From a virus (taxonomy: Duplodnaviria; Caudoviricetes): 35,375 nt of DNA. The notes under the pieces are model-generated. The model saw only the letters and a program-made list of their open reading frames with translations, was not told where the DNA came from and did no database searches. The position numbers and the translations under genes are program-made. The DNA lies in the IMG/VR virus record IMGVR_UViG_3300040985_001531, positions 1 to 35,375 of that record. One strand, written 5' to 3'. Below are positions 1 through 9,863 of this stretch, one piece after another (within the stretch, counting starts at the first letter, position 1; every line of letters begins with the position of its first letter).

Positions 1-2
1 TC

Positions 3-758
3 TGCTACCCCCTGGGTCATATCCGCAGTCTGCTGCGTTAGTTGGTCAGTTAGTGGTACATTACCCACAGTAGTGGCCGCAGCTATAGCAGCGGTATAAG
101 CGGTGGTGACTCCTGGTGCCATAGCATTTACAACCTTCTCTAGTGCGTCAATCTTAGCCTGTAGTTTACCTATGTAATCGAATAGGCGATCAAGGTGAGG
201 CTGAGCATTAAGAACTTGGTTTGAAGCCTCTCCGCCAGCACTGATTCTAAAACAAGCCGTATCAGGATCAGCGGGTATTTGTACTGATACTCTAGGTATA
301 CCCTTCAGAGTAAGTCCATGAGGTGCCGATATATTCACAAGGCTATCTTGTACCTCAAGCTGTATATCCTCAATATGCGGTCCATCATAATCTTGATTTC
401 TAAGATATGTAGATCTTGAGGGTTGTACATCAGGGTCTATCTTATTGTTACGCCCCTCTTCAAATTCATAATTCAAAACAGATTGAACACCATCACAGTT
501 TACTGCCGTGCTATCGTTTCTATGAGGCACATAAGATATGGCGTAATAGCGGGAGTATATACCGTCTCCATAGGCCGCTAAAATGACTTCTTGACCTACC
601 TGCACGCTGGCCTGGGAGTATCGTCCGTCGCCACCACCAAAGCTACTGGCTAAGGAGCAGGGGAATAGTGTGTTATTATTGTCGTCGCTGGCTGTAAACA
701 GCACTTGGCCGTCATCGTCCATTCTAAGGGACTCTATACGTGCTACATAAATATTCAT
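3..758 (-). CDS. Baseplate central spike / gpV-gp5-like OB-fold protein, truncated by the window start (absent from ORF track)
   Basis: Hand translation from ATG at 758 (TAATG overlap with the upstream stop) is open to the window edge: MNIYVARIESLRMDDDGQVLFTASDDNNNTLFPCSLASSFGGGDGRYSQASVQVGQEVILAAYGDG... The GGG..G.....VGQEV pattern fits a gpV/gp5 OB-fold, and the gene follows the hub. Confidence 0.65.
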   Translation of the reverse strand, partial: MNIYVARIESLRMDDDGQVLFTASDDNNNTLFPCSLASSFGGGDGRYSQASVQVGQEVILAAYGDGIYSRYYAISYVPHRNDSTAVNCDGVQSVLNYEFEEGRNNKIDPDVQPSRSTYLRNQDYDGPHIEDIQLEVQDSLVNISAPHGLTLKGIPRVSVQIPADPDTACFRISAGGEASNQVLNAQPHLDRLFDYIGKLQAKIDALEKVVNAMAPGVTTAYTAAIAAATTVGNVPLTDQLTQQTADMTQGVA

Positions 759-3013
759 TATTTACGCCCTTTTCTAGTAGGTTTTTTCTTTTCCTTTTTA
801 CCTTTATCTTCAGACGGTGCAGGAGGCATCTGCATAGGAACTTGGTTTAGATCCACAGCAGGTATCCTATTTCCGTAACTAGCTCGCTCTATCGTTAGTA
901 CGGTCAGGCCTGACGCTACACCCGTGTGTGCATCGACCCCCACCTGGTGCCGTACCGCCGTACAATAAAACGTCAGTGCTTTCTCTAAAGAAGTGTCACC
1001 TTTAGTGAATTTTATTCTGCACCAAATACCCGCAATTAAGTCAGGGTCAGGATTATAAGTCAGGACCACCTGCCCGTCGGCATAAGCGTGGCCCTCGCCA
1101 ACAAGGTAATACATTCTCTCAGCGTGTGCCGATGAAGAAGTTCTTTGCCTGTTACGTTGTTCTTTAAGACCAGCGTAGTAATTGTTTAGTCTCGTTTTGC
1201 CAGCAGGCGTAACCCTCCTTTGCTCTCTCTTAGTACCATTCATTAATTCTTCAACAGCAACTAAATCAGAATCCATGACATAAGGCTTCTCTCTAAAAGG
1301 CGTAGTGCTGTTTATCATACGCAGGCCATTCCTATTAATGTCTTCTATATTAAATACAGGCACACATTCTACACCAAACAAGTTATTCCCTGTCCCTGTG
1401 CTGAAGGGGAAGCCTAGATGAACGGCATTCACTCTGTGAGTCTCGCTCCATGTTAGATCGACGGACAGCACCTTTTGTTTATCGACATTAATAAATTGAG
1501 CTAGGCCCATATCGCTTGTTGGGTTGAAGTTGGAGAAGTATCCTTCATGATAAGTTTTATCGGCTTTTATTTCTGCTCTTAGACCTTGGGTGCGTGAAAA
1601 ATTACTATTTACGTGTGCTTTGGTCCCATGGAAGTCTGGAGGTAGAGGCTTATACCTGTACATAATATACGGCACAGCTTGAAGGCTCTCTGTAAGTACC
1701 GAGTTCTGGAATCCGTTTTTACCGTCATAACTACCACCATCACCAGCGGCTCTTGAATCGGCAGACCCCTCCTCACCGAGAGGTATCATTACGGGGAAAA
1801 GCTCGATCATATCCTTCTCAGGCTGAAATAGTTGCTGGATTATACTCCATATCGCAGAAGCCCCACCTCTAAAGGCTCCCGCAAAATACTGTTCTTTTAT
1901 AATGGCTGTGCTGATCCTATTAATGTCTGATGCATTTCTCCGATAGATGGTACCAAGCATAGTATCTGAGAAGTTACCCATGATGCCGATGTGATTACCG
2001 AGTCTATGTGGTCGTCCAGTGTTCTTGTCCAGACCCGCTATTGATGTAGGTAGCTGCATGTGTCCTAAAGTTACTATGAGGTTATGTAGGGCATCATACA
2101 TATCTTGACCAGAGCTACCTCCTCGTTTAAGGCTAGCTATCAAGGCTTCTAAGATCCTATTGGTGCCTGCGGTGTATCCGCCCATCGCTGCGGGGTCTAT
2201 CATACTGATAGCTCCTTTGCGGAATACTGTTTTGTTCGTTTCGCCTAAAGACAAAGGTGTTATGAAGGATCCAAGGGTGACCGTAGCTACACTAGAAGCT
2301 ATACCCGTCTCAGCGTTAACCTCTGTTTTAAGGTTGATACTTAATATTTTACCGAAGAAAACCGTGCGGTGACTAGGGTAGTGTGTCAGGGGTAGCTTCC
2401 CAGACACCATCACTCCAAATCGTATACTCGCCCAGCCGCCTGTTTCAATATGTCTAAACTTGAACTCATTCCCTTCCTCCCCGTCATGGTTGGCGTCAGC
2501 ACCTTGAAATACGTAATGAACTATCCCTGGGTGTAGCCTTAAAGTTACCGTGGCATTAGCATAAGGTGCTGAGGTCATAGTCTCCCACTGTATATCTGTC
2601 ACCATCTGTGTAAGGTCGAGGTTACCTGTTCCGTCACTGCCTGGGGAAATATCGGACAGAGCCTTAGCATATGTGTGTTCCTTCTCGGCTAATTTACGTA
2701 TACTTTCCTTCAGGCTATCGGTGTATGCACCTATTGTTGTTGTCTCAATACCACCTTCCCCAGTATCAACACGTATGACTGTCTCGGGGGGTGATTGTAA
2801 AAATTGAGCATTTGTCTCTTTAAGATGCGTCTCTATGTCTCGCTTTTGCTGCTTCTCTACTCTTTGCTTTTCTTCACTGTAGGTTGTCTCGGGGAAGCCG
2901 TGTATCCAGAAGCTAGGTAGAGAAGCAGGCGACAACGAGCCTCCTGCGTTAATGGGGCCGCCTGGTAGCTGGCCCACAGAAGTCACAGTGTCTGTACTAA
3001 TAGGTTGACTCAT
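758..3013 (-). CDS. Putative baseplate hub (gp27/gpD-like) protein
   Basis: 751 aa, between the tape-measure candidate and the spike. Hub-like segments: VFFGKILSI, IEDINRNGLRM and the C-terminal FYCTAVRHQ...LTVLTIER. Confidence 0.6.
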   Translation of the reverse strand: MSQPISTDTVTSVGQLPGGPINAGGSLSPASLPSFWIHGFPETTYSEEKQRVEKQQKRDIETHLKETNAQFLQSPPETVIRVDTGEGGIETTTIGAYTDSLKESIRKLAEKEHTYAKALSDISPGSDGTGNLDLTQMVTDIQWETMTSAPYANATVTLRLHPGIVHYVFQGADANHDGEEGNEFKFRHIETGGWASIRFGVMVSGKLPLTHYPSHRTVFFGKILSINLKTEVNAETGIASSVATVTLGSFITPLSLGETNKTVFRKGAISMIDPAAMGGYTAGTNRILEALIASLKRGGSSGQDMYDALHNLIVTLGHMQLPTSIAGLDKNTGRPHRLGNHIGIMGNFSDTMLGTIYRRNASDINRISTAIIKEQYFAGAFRGGASAIWSIIQQLFQPEKDMIELFPVMIPLGEEGSADSRAAGDGGSYDGKNGFQNSVLTESLQAVPYIMYRYKPLPPDFHGTKAHVNSNFSRTQGLRAEIKADKTYHEGYFSNFNPTSDMGLAQFINVDKQKVLSVDLTWSETHRVNAVHLGFPFSTGTGNNLFGVECVPVFNIEDINRNGLRMINSTTPFREKPYVMDSDLVAVEELMNGTKREQRRVTPAGKTRLNNYYAGLKEQRNRQRTSSSAHAERMYYLVGEGHAYADGQVVLTYNPDPDLIAGIWCRIKFTKGDTSLEKALTFYCTAVRHQVGVDAHTGVASGLTVLTIERASYGNRIPAVDLNQVPMQMPPAPSEDKGKKEKKKPTRKGRK

Positions 3014-3025
3014 AAGGTATATCCT

Positions 3026-5806
3026 TTATTTAATGCCCAAAAGGCCCATGGCAACCAGATAGGTCATTAGAGCTGTTTTCCCAATACCTCCAGTGCCAGC
3101 CGCCATCAGTACGTCTCTGGGTATTTTGGCGAGCGAGTTTATAGTATCATTGAGAGCTAGGACGGATGCAGTTGTAGCACCCAAAGCACCTATTGTTCCT
3201 TCTAGGTTTGTTATGAGTTTAGCCTCTACTATCTTCTCTTGCTTCTGTATCTCCGTAAACATGCTGCGACCACTCTCGCTTAAAGCCGTGTCTATCTGCT
3301 CATTACGACGCTCGGCTAGGGCAGACGAGAGGAATGTAGCGTTACCTTTTTTAGCCTCATTAAATTCAAAGCTCTTACCACCTTTAACTCCCTTTTTCGC
3401 ACCCATCATCTCCATATCTTCGGATGTGAGTCTATCACCTAACACAAGTTGAGCTTGCTCACTTGTTAGTTGCATATCCTTTAATCTCTTTTGGGCCATA
3501 GAGCCACCTTGAGCCTTATCCTCCTCTATTAGCTTCTGGGCTAATAGAAAGTCACCACCTGAACGTTGAAGAGCTTCCGCCATGAGTAGATCACTCGCTA
3601 TACCCTGAAACGGAGCGAATAGGGCCTGTCTTGCCCCTTCATGAACACCCATGCCTCTTTGGAACCTAGCAGAGCCTGCGGCGATGTCGCCTTTACCCAT
3701 ACCTAAGATACGCCCTTCGGTACCTAGTCTGTCCATACCTATACCTGATCCTGAAGATAACCCTCTGAAGGCACCGAATAACTGCGAGGCGTAACCAGTG
3801 GCGGCACTACCTGTTAAACCTTGTGCTTTAGCTGCATTAAACTCAGCAGCCCTATTACCTCTAAATCCAGCTTGGCGTTGTTGCCCTATAAGCCCTGCCA
3901 CACCTTGTACATCTTCACCGCCAGCATAGGCACGAGTAAACTTACCTACATCACCTGCCCCCATACCACCACCAGCAGCACTAGCCATAGGGAAGAATAA
4001 ACCACCCATCTTCTCAGCAGATATCCCGAAATCAGCTCCAGCTCCCATGTTGCCGCCCATCTGCTTATTCATGAACGTACCTGATGCTCCCTTTAAGCCC
4101 AATGCACCACTCGCTTGTAGTGCGGGTAGCTCCCCTGCAGCAGCGGTCTGTACAAACTTATCCAGAGTGCCTATCCCCTCAAAACCTCTACCAAATCCAG
4201 GTACTGAACTTAACATGGGCATAAGATCATCCCCGATACTACTTGCTCCCAAGGCTCCTGCCACGGCTCCTGCTCCTGCGGCTACGGCACGACCAGCCCA
4301 CTTCCACTTACGCCTCGGATCAGAGTCATCTTCTGTGCCTTGACCACCTGTTAGCCCTGAAAGGAAACCAGACGCCCTATCCCAAAATCCTCCTCTCTGT
4401 CTCTTCTGGATTGTAGCCCCAAAGTTACCTATAGGGTCGCCAGGTGTAGTTACTGCTTGGTTTTTTGGGCCTGCAATTGCGAGAGGGCCACCACCACCAG
4501 TGCCTCCAGTGCCTCCACCACCAGTGCCTCCAGTGCCTCCACCACCGCCTCCACCAGCGTGACCACCGCCACCACCAGTGGCTCTATTTATAACGCCTGT
4601 TAAGTCCCTGAGTGCCTTGATTAATTCATTATTCCCACCGCTACCGCTACCGCTACCGCTACCGCCACCCATAGCATCTCCACCAAGTGACCCTTCGGGT
4701 GTCATATCAATATGACTACCACCTGCGTTCATATGTGCAGCCCCCGCTGTAGTATCCCCAAGGGTGCTTATTCGGTTTAGATTTGCGTGTTCCGCTTTTC
4801 CCATAACTGCTTTGAATGGGTCTGCGGCCATGGGGTTAGCTATGACCTGATTATTAATATTAAGATTATCATAGCTGGGATCTGCTCCCATAGCGTCAAT
4901 AACATTGTTAAAGCTCAAACCTGGCGACGGATCCACCCCTTTGGCTTCTAATTGTTTGGTGACATTGTAGGTAGATTGAGCAGCACCTAACTCACCTAAA
5001 GTGGTAGTGCGTATATTGTTAGTGGCCTCTCTTCTCATCGAAGAAGGTAGTGCTTCAAAATGCCCCCGTATGTGGCTAGTAGATGCATGGATATCTTCTA
5101 AGGCTGTATTGAAAATATGCTCCTGGACATATCTATCTGGGTCGGAGGTATTTGCGTAGCCTTCACCTAAGGCACCACGCATACCTATACCTGGTCCGAC
5201 ACCGCCAGTAGCAGCGTTTCTCATCCTATCATGATAACTAGCTGCTAATGCACTATGGTAGTCCAGCCCAGTATTTTCTTGATAGTGCATCGCCCCGCCC
5301 TGAATCGAAGCAAACTCAGTTTGAGCCACACCACCAGCGACCTGCTGCTGGAACTGGGGATTAACAAATAGCCCTGCTGTATTAATAGCCTGCTCGTAAG
5401 TACTATAAGGCCCTATGTTAGCCGTCTGGGCTGCCATCCCATGTGGCGATGCCGACAACATATTACTAGAGGCTGCGATATCCATCTTAAGGTTATATCC
5501 ACCTAGAGCCTGCGATAGATGCCCTGAAGCCCGAAGTTCGTCTAAATAGTTTGGTACGGAGGCGTATTGTTGTTGACCAGCTACAGCAGCAGGTACATCA
5601 GGCACACCCCGATTCACCATACTTCTACCTCTGGCCGTCATATTAAGGTCACGTCCAAAATCATCAATAGGTGATCCGACGTTATCCATATTAGGGCTAT
5701 ATGCCCCGTTTTGGAAATTATTCCCTACAGCGGCGGGTCCTGAAGGTACAGCTACACCCCCGAAAGGGCTATGTGGAGGAGAGTTTGAGTCGTTCGAGGA
5801 TGCCAT
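3026..5806 (-). CDS. Putative tape measure protein, atypical and Gly/Ala-rich
   Basis: 926 aa directly after the tail chaperone pair, with an AGGAG RBS upstream of ATG 5806. The C-terminal half is Ala/Gly-rich and helical-looking with a hydrophobic end. The call rests mainly on synteny. Confidence 0.55.
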   Translation of the reverse strand: MASSNDSNSPPHSPFGGVAVPSGPAAVGNNFQNGAYSPNMDNVGSPIDDFGRDLNMTARGRSMVNRGVPDVPAAVAGQQQYASVPNYLDELRASGHLSQALGGYNLKMDIAASSNMLSASPHGMAAQTANIGPYSTYEQAINTAGLFVNPQFQQQVAGGVAQTEFASIQGGAMHYQENTGLDYHSALAASYHDRMRNAATGGVGPGIGMRGALGEGYANTSDPDRYVQEHIFNTALEDIHASTSHIRGHFEALPSSMRREATNNIRTTTLGELGAAQSTYNVTKQLEAKGVDPSPGLSFNNVIDAMGADPSYDNLNINNQVIANPMAADPFKAVMGKAEHANLNRISTLGDTTAGAAHMNAGGSHIDMTPEGSLGGDAMGGGSGSGSGSGGNNELIKALRDLTGVINRATGGGGGHAGGGGGGGTGGTGGGGTGGTGGGGPLAIAGPKNQAVTTPGDPIGNFGATIQKRQRGGFWDRASGFLSGLTGGQGTEDDSDPRRKWKWAGRAVAAGAGAVAGALGASSIGDDLMPMLSSVPGFGRGFEGIGTLDKFVQTAAAGELPALQASGALGLKGASGTFMNKQMGGNMGAGADFGISAEKMGGLFFPMASAAGGGMGAGDVGKFTRAYAGGEDVQGVAGLIGQQRQAGFRGNRAAEFNAAKAQGLTGSAATGYASQLFGAFRGLSSGSGIGMDRLGTEGRILGMGKGDIAAGSARFQRGMGVHEGARQALFAPFQGIASDLLMAEALQRSGGDFLLAQKLIEEDKAQGGSMAQKRLKDMQLTSEQAQLVLGDRLTSEDMEMMGAKKGVKGGKSFEFNEAKKGNATFLSSALAERRNEQIDTALSESGRSMFTEIQKQEKIVEAKLITNLEGTIGALGATTASVLALNDTINSLAKIPRDVLMAAGTGGIGKTALMTYLVAMGLLGIK
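4491..4661. repeat. Coding tandem repeats of the poly-Gly linker: 24-bp unit x2 (4491-4538) and ccgcta x4 (4638-4661)
   Basis: ccaccaccagtgcctccagtgcct occurs twice in tandem and ccgcta four times; they encode the GGTGG and GSGS tracts. Confidence 0.9.
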
Positions 5807-6092
5807 CTATATTTTCTCCTTGAGATAGGGCTTCCTCAAATTCGTCGAAGAAAGGGTCGCCAGTTACATAAGTATCATCATCTCTTTTGATTATAGTAGG
5901 TTTATCTACAGACTGCCAAGCCTCCTGCGTTAAAGATAATAAAGATAGCTCCAAATGATCAGGATCAAAGAGGTTATGAGGCGTGATATTAGGTGTCTGT
6001 CGCATCAAAAGCGGATACACTAGAACGAACTCGGGCCTTAATCTCGCCTGCCTCACCCTTTCGAGAGTTTCCACGAAAGTAACGGTTTTCAT
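5769..6092 (-). CDS. Tail assembly chaperone, downstream (T-like) part, probably made as a +1 frameshift fusion
   Basis: Overlaps the upstream chaperone by 104 bp in the +1 frame. Its ATG has GGAG only 1 nt upstream, and it lies just before the tape-measure candidate. Confidence 0.6.
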   Translation of the reverse strand: MKTVTFVETLERVRQARLRPEFVLVYPLLMRQTPNITPHNLFDPDHLELSLLSLTQEAWQSVDKPTIIKRDDDTYVTGDPFFDEFEEALSQGENIDGILERLKLSST

Positions 6093-6504
6093 GCTCCATC
6101 AGGATATTGTTGACATGTACCAACAGCTCCGTATCTTGCCCTGTGAGGTCATAAACCCATTTAGGAGGCTCAATTAATTGGATAGCCATACGTGCCAACG
6201 CTTCAACTCTGTAGCGGTCTTCATTCCCAAGTGTATCGGGATTAATACCACGGGTTAGTTGAGAGATTACACGAGCTTTAGCCAGCCTTCCGTCAGAATC
6301 CATGACTTTAGATGTGATATCCGCAGAATAATCTTTACCGTCAGGAGCGTCATAGGCCAAAGTAAATGTTATTTCCCGAGGCGTGAGAGCTACTCTAGCC
6401 TCCTCCTCAGGTAGGATAACGGAGGTTTGTTTAGCTTCCGCCACTTGTTCAACGGCGTCGTTGGCTAGCTCTTTGAGGTCGAGCGATGTTGTCTTACGTG
6501 CCAT
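5989..6504 (-). CDS. Tail assembly chaperone (G-like)
   Basis: 171 aa between tail tube and tape measure, with a strong AGGAG RBS and the sequence TAC TTT CGT at 6081-6073. Confidence 0.65.
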   Translation of the reverse strand: MARKTTSLDLKELANDAVEQVAEAKQTSVILPEEEARVALTPREITFTLAYDAPDGKDYSADITSKVMDSDGRLAKARVISQLTRGINPDTLGNEDRYRVEALARMAIQLIEPPKWVYDLTGQDTELLVHVNNILMEHENRYFRGNSRKGEAGEIKARVRSSVSAFDATDT

Positions 6505-6546
6505 GAGGCTTCTCCTGTAAATGTTATAAATAAGAACGTGATGTCT

Positions 6547-6575
6547 ATACTATAACATGTACAGAAGATTATCAA
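6547..6575 (-). promoter_or_regulatory. Sigma70-like promoter upstream of the chaperone gene
   Basis: TTGATA (6575-6570) followed by TGTTATAGT (extended -10, 6557-6549) or by TAGTAT at 17-nt spacing, in an 85-bp intergenic gap. Confidence 0.45.
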
Positions 6576-6589
6576 GTACGTGGTAGTTA

Positions 6590-7102
6590 TTAATTCTTCT
6601 CAATCAATCTAAGTGCCTCGAAGGTCACGTTAACACCCATCAGCATCCCACGGCTAAGTGCGAAGCTATGAGATGATGGGCGACAACCCTCAACCATATA
6701 TCTAACAGGATTGCTAGTATCAGTCCCGAAGTTAGATGAGTCCTGGATGACTAAATCAAATCCAGCGGTCATAAAGTCCATAAGGTCTTTAGTTCGTTGG
6801 ATATTATCAGCCTCGTCGCTATGTCGAGGTACTAACTCTTGATTAGCAGCACCACCACCGATAGTACTACTGGAGATAGTCATACGCATCAGCCCGATTG
6901 ACCCCGACACTACACGCCCGATAGGCTCAATGTCCTGCGAGTCGATAGTACCTAGTACGTCAATACGATTAAGCATCATAGCTTCAGTCACCGTAACGCC
7001 TGTGGCGTAGCCGATAACTCGCTCACCTTGTTGCGTCTTGATTTTTACGAGAGCGTTACTTCCGTTAATCGAGCGAAGGCTTTGTTCAGTTTGTTCAGAC
7101 AT
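6590..7102 (-). CDS. Tail tube protein
   Basis: 170 aa directly after the sheath. IGYATGVTVTE...IDVLGTIDSQDIEP resembles myophage tube proteins, and it ends NVTFEAL. Confidence 0.75.
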   Translation of the reverse strand: MSEQTEQSLRSINGSNALVKIKTQQGERVIGYATGVTVTEAMMLNRIDVLGTIDSQDIEPIGRVVSGSIGLMRMTISSSTIGGGAANQELVPRHSDEADNIQRTKDLMDFMTAGFDLVIQDSSNFGTDTSNPVRYMVEGCRPSSHSFALSRGMLMGVNVTFEALRLIEKN

Positions 7103-7117
7103 GATTATAGCTCCTTA

Positions 7118-9163
7118 TTAAAACTGTCCAAGATTAGCTTGGACTGTGATGAAGTTTAGAGGTTCAATAGCAGCTAAATCAAAAGTAATGTTCAGAACAT
7201 CACCGCTAAGCACTACGGATACGTCTTTGTAATTAGCGATAATCGCCTTTTCACGTAGATCAGATAAGATTGACTGAGCTGCACGAGATACCAACTGGGC
7301 TTGATCGGCGGTCGCTTTAGTGCCTATATGCTGAGCAAGTTTAGCACGTAAAGTTCTAAGACAGGTGTTTACTGACTCATTCGCAGAAACTTCACAGAAG
7401 ACAGGGTGATCCAGATTACGGCGATAAGTAGTAATACTACGCTCTACACGGATCGGACCAGCAGCACTATTGATGATAACGATGCTCAAACGGATAGCCT
7501 TATTGGCATCTGCGTCTGGATCGAAGGTGGTCTGGATAGGCTCGATACCCTGGATGATCTTACGAGTCATAGGCTCAGCGATAGGTGTGGCGGCCTGGAC
7601 AGAGGCTAATGCGAGAGCTGTATACCAAGGTGTAGGAAACGACTTATTTGTCTTCTTGAGCTTGATACCCTGACACACGACTGCACAGTTTCTATCATTA
7701 AGTTCTTTAATGTAGATGTTATGTACATAATCAAGTGTGCGGTCAGCTTCAGTGCCGAGCCAACAATTACGCTCGGAACCTGCTTTTTCAGCGGCGTCAT
7801 TACAGTGCTTCTTAACCAACTTGTGAATCTCAATGTCATCAGTAGCAGGTACCACGATGTTGATGTTCTTATACATGATGCTGTCGAGAGCAGCCTGTAC
7901 ATCGGTCACAGGTGTAGAGGCCTCGATGGCACCTCCCCGCAAGTTTATGGCGTCGAAGGCAGATGGAGCCTCATTGTTTGTTTGAGAGGCGATTAAGAAG
8001 TTCGATGCGTTAAAGGCACGTTGAACGATACGTGCTAAATCCGTCTTAAAGTCGAACTTAGTGCCTGCACTGATAGTCGTGTAGGCCGAACTTCGGTCTA
8101 GCTCATCACCAGTAATAACCGTGCTGGGTGCTACGACTATGAAGTCTGAGTTGCGACGGTTAAGATCGGCCAACCATCCAGAAAGATCACCTACGTCTTC
8201 GAGGGGTGTTGACTTAGGAAACCAGGTAAGGTCAACATCACCGTCTGTAGCTGCTGATAGCGTGATACTCTCAAGAAACACAAACTCGTTAGTAGTAGAA
8301 TAGGAGACGCCTATTTCTAGGCTACCTGCTGCTGCATTGTGCAATACCACAGACTCCTCGGTCGCTTGGCCTGCCGCATTAAAACCTTTTACGACCATAG
8401 CGTTAGTAGAATTAGTCTGATTAGATCCCATTGTAGCTTTAACTACGCCTTCGATTTGCTTGTTAAACTTAAGCTCATAATCGCCAGCGGCATTGGTTTC
8501 TGTCGCAATAGCTGCTGCAGTGACGTTATATTCGGCCTTAACTTGAAGATCACCGCCAGTTATACGTAATTGTACTTCGCCGTAATCAAACTCACCATCA
8601 GCGTCACCATTAGCGTCATTGGTATATACGTATCCAAGTTGAGCTGCAACACCGTCACCGATATCATTCATCGTCTCTACAGGTTGCTCGCCGCCTTTCC
8701 ATACGTTAATATCCCAGTAAGGTGCATCAGCAGCATCTCCTGTACGAACTTGGGCAGATGATAGCGATACCGCTAACTGATTCCCATCAGTACCGTAGAG
8801 CTTAGATTTAACGGTAAGGCCGTTATCTGCGTATTCTGCTTGAGTAGTGCCACGAGTATTGATAATGCTGAGACTATCAATCTGCTGAGTAGCACCTTCC
8901 AAAGCATCAAAGGATAAGTCAGCTAAGGCTTTATAATCAATACTGTGATAAACGCCATTACCTTCAGCGGGGGCGATAGTCTCCATGAAGGTATCAAAAG
9001 ATGCGAATGTTTGAATCTCTGCCTGGGCAAAGATAGGGAAGTCACCAACCAGGGCGATATTGCCTCCAGTCAGATCAGAAATAGCGGATAACGTATCATT
9101 GACACGTACATAAGTACCTGGTCTATAGAGGCGTTGTCCGTTGAAGAAGATGCTTGAAGGCAT
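7118..9163 (-). CDS. Contractile tail sheath protein
   Basis: 681 aa with N-terminal FNGQRLYRPGTY...IALVG, KSKLYGTDGNQL, EPMTRK and a C-terminal LAAIEPLNFITV sheath domain. Confidence 0.9.
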   Translation of the reverse strand: MPSSIFFNGQRLYRPGTYVRVNDTLSAISDLTGGNIALVGDFPIFAQAEIQTFASFDTFMETIAPAEGNGVYHSIDYKALADLSFDALEGATQQIDSLSIINTRGTTQAEYADNGLTVKSKLYGTDGNQLAVSLSSAQVRTGDAADAPYWDINVWKGGEQPVETMNDIGDGVAAQLGYVYTNDANGDADGEFDYGEVQLRITGGDLQVKAEYNVTAAAIATETNAAGDYELKFNKQIEGVVKATMGSNQTNSTNAMVVKGFNAAGQATEESVVLHNAAAGSLEIGVSYSTTNEFVFLESITLSAATDGDVDLTWFPKSTPLEDVGDLSGWLADLNRRNSDFIVVAPSTVITGDELDRSSAYTTISAGTKFDFKTDLARIVQRAFNASNFLIASQTNNEAPSAFDAINLRGGAIEASTPVTDVQAALDSIMYKNINIVVPATDDIEIHKLVKKHCNDAAEKAGSERNCWLGTEADRTLDYVHNIYIKELNDRNCAVVCQGIKLKKTNKSFPTPWYTALALASVQAATPIAEPMTRKIIQGIEPIQTTFDPDADANKAIRLSIVIINSAAGPIRVERSITTYRRNLDHPVFCEVSANESVNTCLRTLRAKLAQHIGTKATADQAQLVSRAAQSILSDLREKAIIANYKDVSVVLSGDVLNITFDLAAIEPLNFITVQANLGQF

Positions 9164-9186
9164 AGTTATCTCCTGTTGCGAATGAG

Positions 9187-9861
9187 TTAAGAGTCAGAGT
9201 TAGATGATACCGTAATAGCTCCAGGAACTCCACTATCCACAGGGGTAGTGTCTTCCAAAGCAACTTGTATATCGAGTAAGGGGTCGTAAATACCAATAGC
9301 ATTAAGGTCTTCAATGTATCCAGGTATCTCAAGGAGGTTCAATGCAGCATATCGTACTTGTCTCCCATATACATTCAAACCCTCACCCTCTAAAGCGATT
9401 TCAGGGGCTAGGGGCGTTGTGCCTGTATATAAGAGGTTTTGATAGCCTGCCTTTATAAATGATACGTTAAAAAGCATCATCGTGGCTTGGATGATTTTGT
9501 GGATAAGTCTAACTGTCTCCATATCTTTAGCGTATATATTCGCCCTAACTTCTTGTGAAGTAAAAAGATGGAAGTTCTGAAACTCTCGCCCGTCATCATC
9601 ATAACGTGAATACGCCGCATTAGCTAAGCCTTGGGAGTCGTAATACTGCTCCGTTAGCTCCACAGCTACCAAAGGTAAACCCGCAGCGACACCACCTGCG
9701 TAAGAGGTGTCGAATTTAATGGTATTGTTCTGTAACCACGCAAACATACGAGCCTTCATGGTTTCGCTTGTATTCGGTATCAACGGATCAAATAGTCTTC
9801 TATCCGCCGAGAAGTATCGCACGCCGTTCTTTATAGCGTGTATAAAGTGTATATCGAACAT
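9187..9861 (-). CDS. Putative tail terminator / tail completion protein
   Basis: 224 aa immediately before the sheath, with an LPLVAVELTE motif. Synteny-based call. Confidence 0.5.
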   Translation of the reverse strand: MFDIHFIHAIKNGVRYFSADRRLFDPLIPNTSETMKARMFAWLQNNTIKFDTSYAGGVAAGLPLVAVELTEQYYDSQGLANAAYSRYDDDGREFQNFHLFTSQEVRANIYAKDMETVRLIHKIIQATMMLFNVSFIKAGYQNLLYTGTTPLAPEIALEGEGLNVYGRQVRYAALNLLEIPGYIEDLNAIGIYDPLLDIQVALEDTTPVDSGVPGAITVSSNSDS

Positions 9862-9863
9862 TT

